A DNA stretch of 64,000 bases from Cirrosporium novae-zelandiae (lineage: Eukaryota), in contig JAPETS010000026.1 in assembly GCA_026023565.1 (NCBI GenBank), forward strand, positions 248,001-312,000, read 5' to 3'. Positions within the stretch are counted from its first letter, which is position 1. Every line of letters begins with the position of its first letter. Shown here piece by piece: positions 61,655-64,000 of this stretch. The notes under the pieces were generated by a model, which did no database searches, was not told where the DNA came from, and saw only the letters and a list, made by a program, of their open reading frames with translations. Made by a program: the position numbers and the translations under genes.

Positions 61655-64000
61655 ACATAAGGAGTTTTCGGATACGGGTGTGTGAGTAGGCGGCGTTTGC
61701 GTGAGTTTACGACAACAAAAGAAGAGGGAAGTGAAGAAAAGGGAGGGGTGGTGTTCATGATCGGGGCAAATAAAACAACATGACTGATTAACAAACAAAC
61801 AAGATTTACTCTTCTGTGTATATATTTAGTGTTTTTGCTTCTTATGTACATAGTTATTAAAAAGCAAAGACTCGATCATGGTTTCGTAACATATTTTCCA
61901 GTATCGTAGAATTTTTGATGGTCCCTATTCCTATTAACGAGCCAACCGGCTGTAATTAATTCACCTCGAATAGGCATATACCAAGAAACCACTTGACATA
62001 TTACACATAATTGGACAATTAACTAACTATCAAGTAGCTAACTATATCCACTTACATTTGAAATATAAAAGCCAACACCCTAGACTAAATCCTCCAGTAG
62101 ACAGTGCAATAGGAATATCTAACCATACAGGAATAATAGTAGTATTAATAATAGTAGATCCGCATCCATGCCCACATGCCTACACGCTCCTACAAGATAT
62201 TGGAGCAGATAGATGCGACAAACTTGTAGATTCTATGTGTGGGATCGCTAGCTAAATAGTGGGTGACACGTGACCGGTTTATAACCCTAACACAAGACAC
62301 CATCCCTTCGGTGCCCTAATACTCTCTTTCACTGACTCTTTCACTCTCACTCTCTCACTTCAGGCAACCATTCGCTTAACTCAGCTAACCATGATCATTC
62401 GGTGCTCCTTTTTTTTTTGTTTTTTTTTTGTTTTTTCAAAGGGGAACGAACCTCCCGATCCTTAATATCATGGTAAAGAAAAAACCTGAGGTCGAGGTCA
62501 ATCGAGTTTTGTGTGGGAATGGATAAGTAAGCCGATATCCTTGACGTCCTCGATGTCCGCAATGGTTGTCTGTAGGTTGCATTCTTGGGGTTAAAAGTAA
62601 TGATGTGCTTGGTTGATACACCTTCATTGTTAGCTACTAGAATAAGTAATAAGTAATAGGAGTGTAGCATAATGTTAGGCAAGATGCCCGCAAAAGATGA
62701 TGATGATAATAGATTAGGAGTGCCCCCTCCCCCCCCTCCCTCCTTCCCCTTTGATAATTGCTAAAGTCCAAACGCCTAGTTTAGATTTTATCATGCAAAC
62801 ACGTTCTCTCCCTCCCTTTTATAAAGGATTTGTGTTGTCGTATGTCTCGTATTGTCGTATGTTTTGTTTATGCAGCTACAGCTACTTTTTGCTGAGGCTT
62901 ATGTGTGTGTGTGTGTGTGTGCCCTTTAAAATATTTGTGTGATGATGACTATGGTAGAGGGAGAAGGAGTGAAAGGGAGTAGGTAGGTAGGTAGATGGGT
63001 AGATAAAATAGACCTACGGGATGTATCTATATGTGTGTGCATGCGTGCGTGCATGCACGAAAACTAAGAGGAATAGAAATTTTGTGCGCGTAAATAGATG
63101 GGGAAAGTACTATCTGTCTTTTTGTATAGTACTTGATTATTCGTTTTTGTTTGACTGTTTTTCCTTGTTTGGGTGGTGGTGGTAGTTCGTTTTGTCATTT
63201 CCTTTTACAATATTAAAATCTTAGTTTGGGAAGCCAGGGGGGGGAGTTATGATTGGGATAGATTGGATTTGGCTGGATAAGGGATTCGTGATATACACTT
63301 GAGGGCTTGGTGAACTTGGTAGAGTTGTGCCTTCAGGCAAAAGAAAAAAGAAGAATAGAAAGACCATTCGTCACTAAGTTGTGCATACTAAATGGCTAAT
63401 CAGATTGATGTTTAAACATTCTAAGATATATGTAAACCAACTAGATCAAGGGATTTGTCTTATTTCCATCTCTAAGACGGGGAGGTGCCACTAAGTATTC
63501 ACAGTCGAGGCTTCATGGAAAAACCTGAAGAGCATGGTGGGTGGTGAGGCATACCATTGAAACCCCAACACCCCAGAGTCGTAGTCTCTATTTTCCTCTA
63601 TATGTAACTTCCGTAACATTTTGCTTCCGGATTAAGAAGGCTGGCATCTATCTCACGTTCAACATCCAAGGAAGGGAAAAAAGAGGCTTATCAACTCATT
63701 TCCCCCCTCTTTCCACCTTTCACTCGAATACCTCGTTTGGTGTCCTGGAAAGCTTTCAAGACTGACTAAACTAAGTTGTTTGAAAGCCCTTATCACCTAT
63801 CTTGATCTTATAAGTAGAGTTGAATCATCTTATCATAGATCATCTCACGCAATTACCCACCCCATCAATCACCACTGAGAGTTATCGCTGCTAAGCTATC
63901 TCTAGCTGTTAGTACCAACCCCCAATCAACTTCCTGCGGAGACTTTTGTGTATATGTTCAACGCTAACCTACTAGCTTTCGAACGAAATTTATGAAAATG

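Noticed and set aside
62700..63100. (TG)n, (TAGG)n, (TGCG)n and homopolymer tracts
   Set aside because: Ordinary intergenic microsatellites, also seen at ~32016, ~42402, ~49069 and ~50780.

Overview
Eukaryotic DNA from a filamentous ascomycete (Pezizomycotina-type), judged by short GT..AG introns with CTRAY branch points, HET-domain genes and SreA. About 1-19.3 kb is an AT-rich accessory block. It holds hAT-type MITEs, LTR remnants, gene fragments, a ~1050-codon HET gene broken by six in-frame stops of C>T (RIP-like) type, an intron-containing tRNA-Gly(GCC), and an intact, intronless, divergent GH13 alpha-glucosidase / formylglycine sulfatase pair. From ~19.4 kb the window is mostly conserved core genes: SEN54, RTP1, sreA, TVP15, D-amino-acid oxidase, an OTU deubiquitinase, thioredoxin, an alpha/beta hydrolase, SRP40, UTP7, TSR1 and a GH7 cellobiohydrolase. 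Smaller variable pockets interrupt them: an OTT_1508-like deaminase homologue with altered metal ligands, a solo LTR, a foldback MITE, a second HET gene with one stop, and an SDR fragment. The best candidates for new biology are the glucosidase+sulfatase module (the glucosidase ends in a PTS1-like AKI) and the deaminase-like ORF. All family calls come from motif recognition by eye, no database searches were run, and splice sites are manual predictions.
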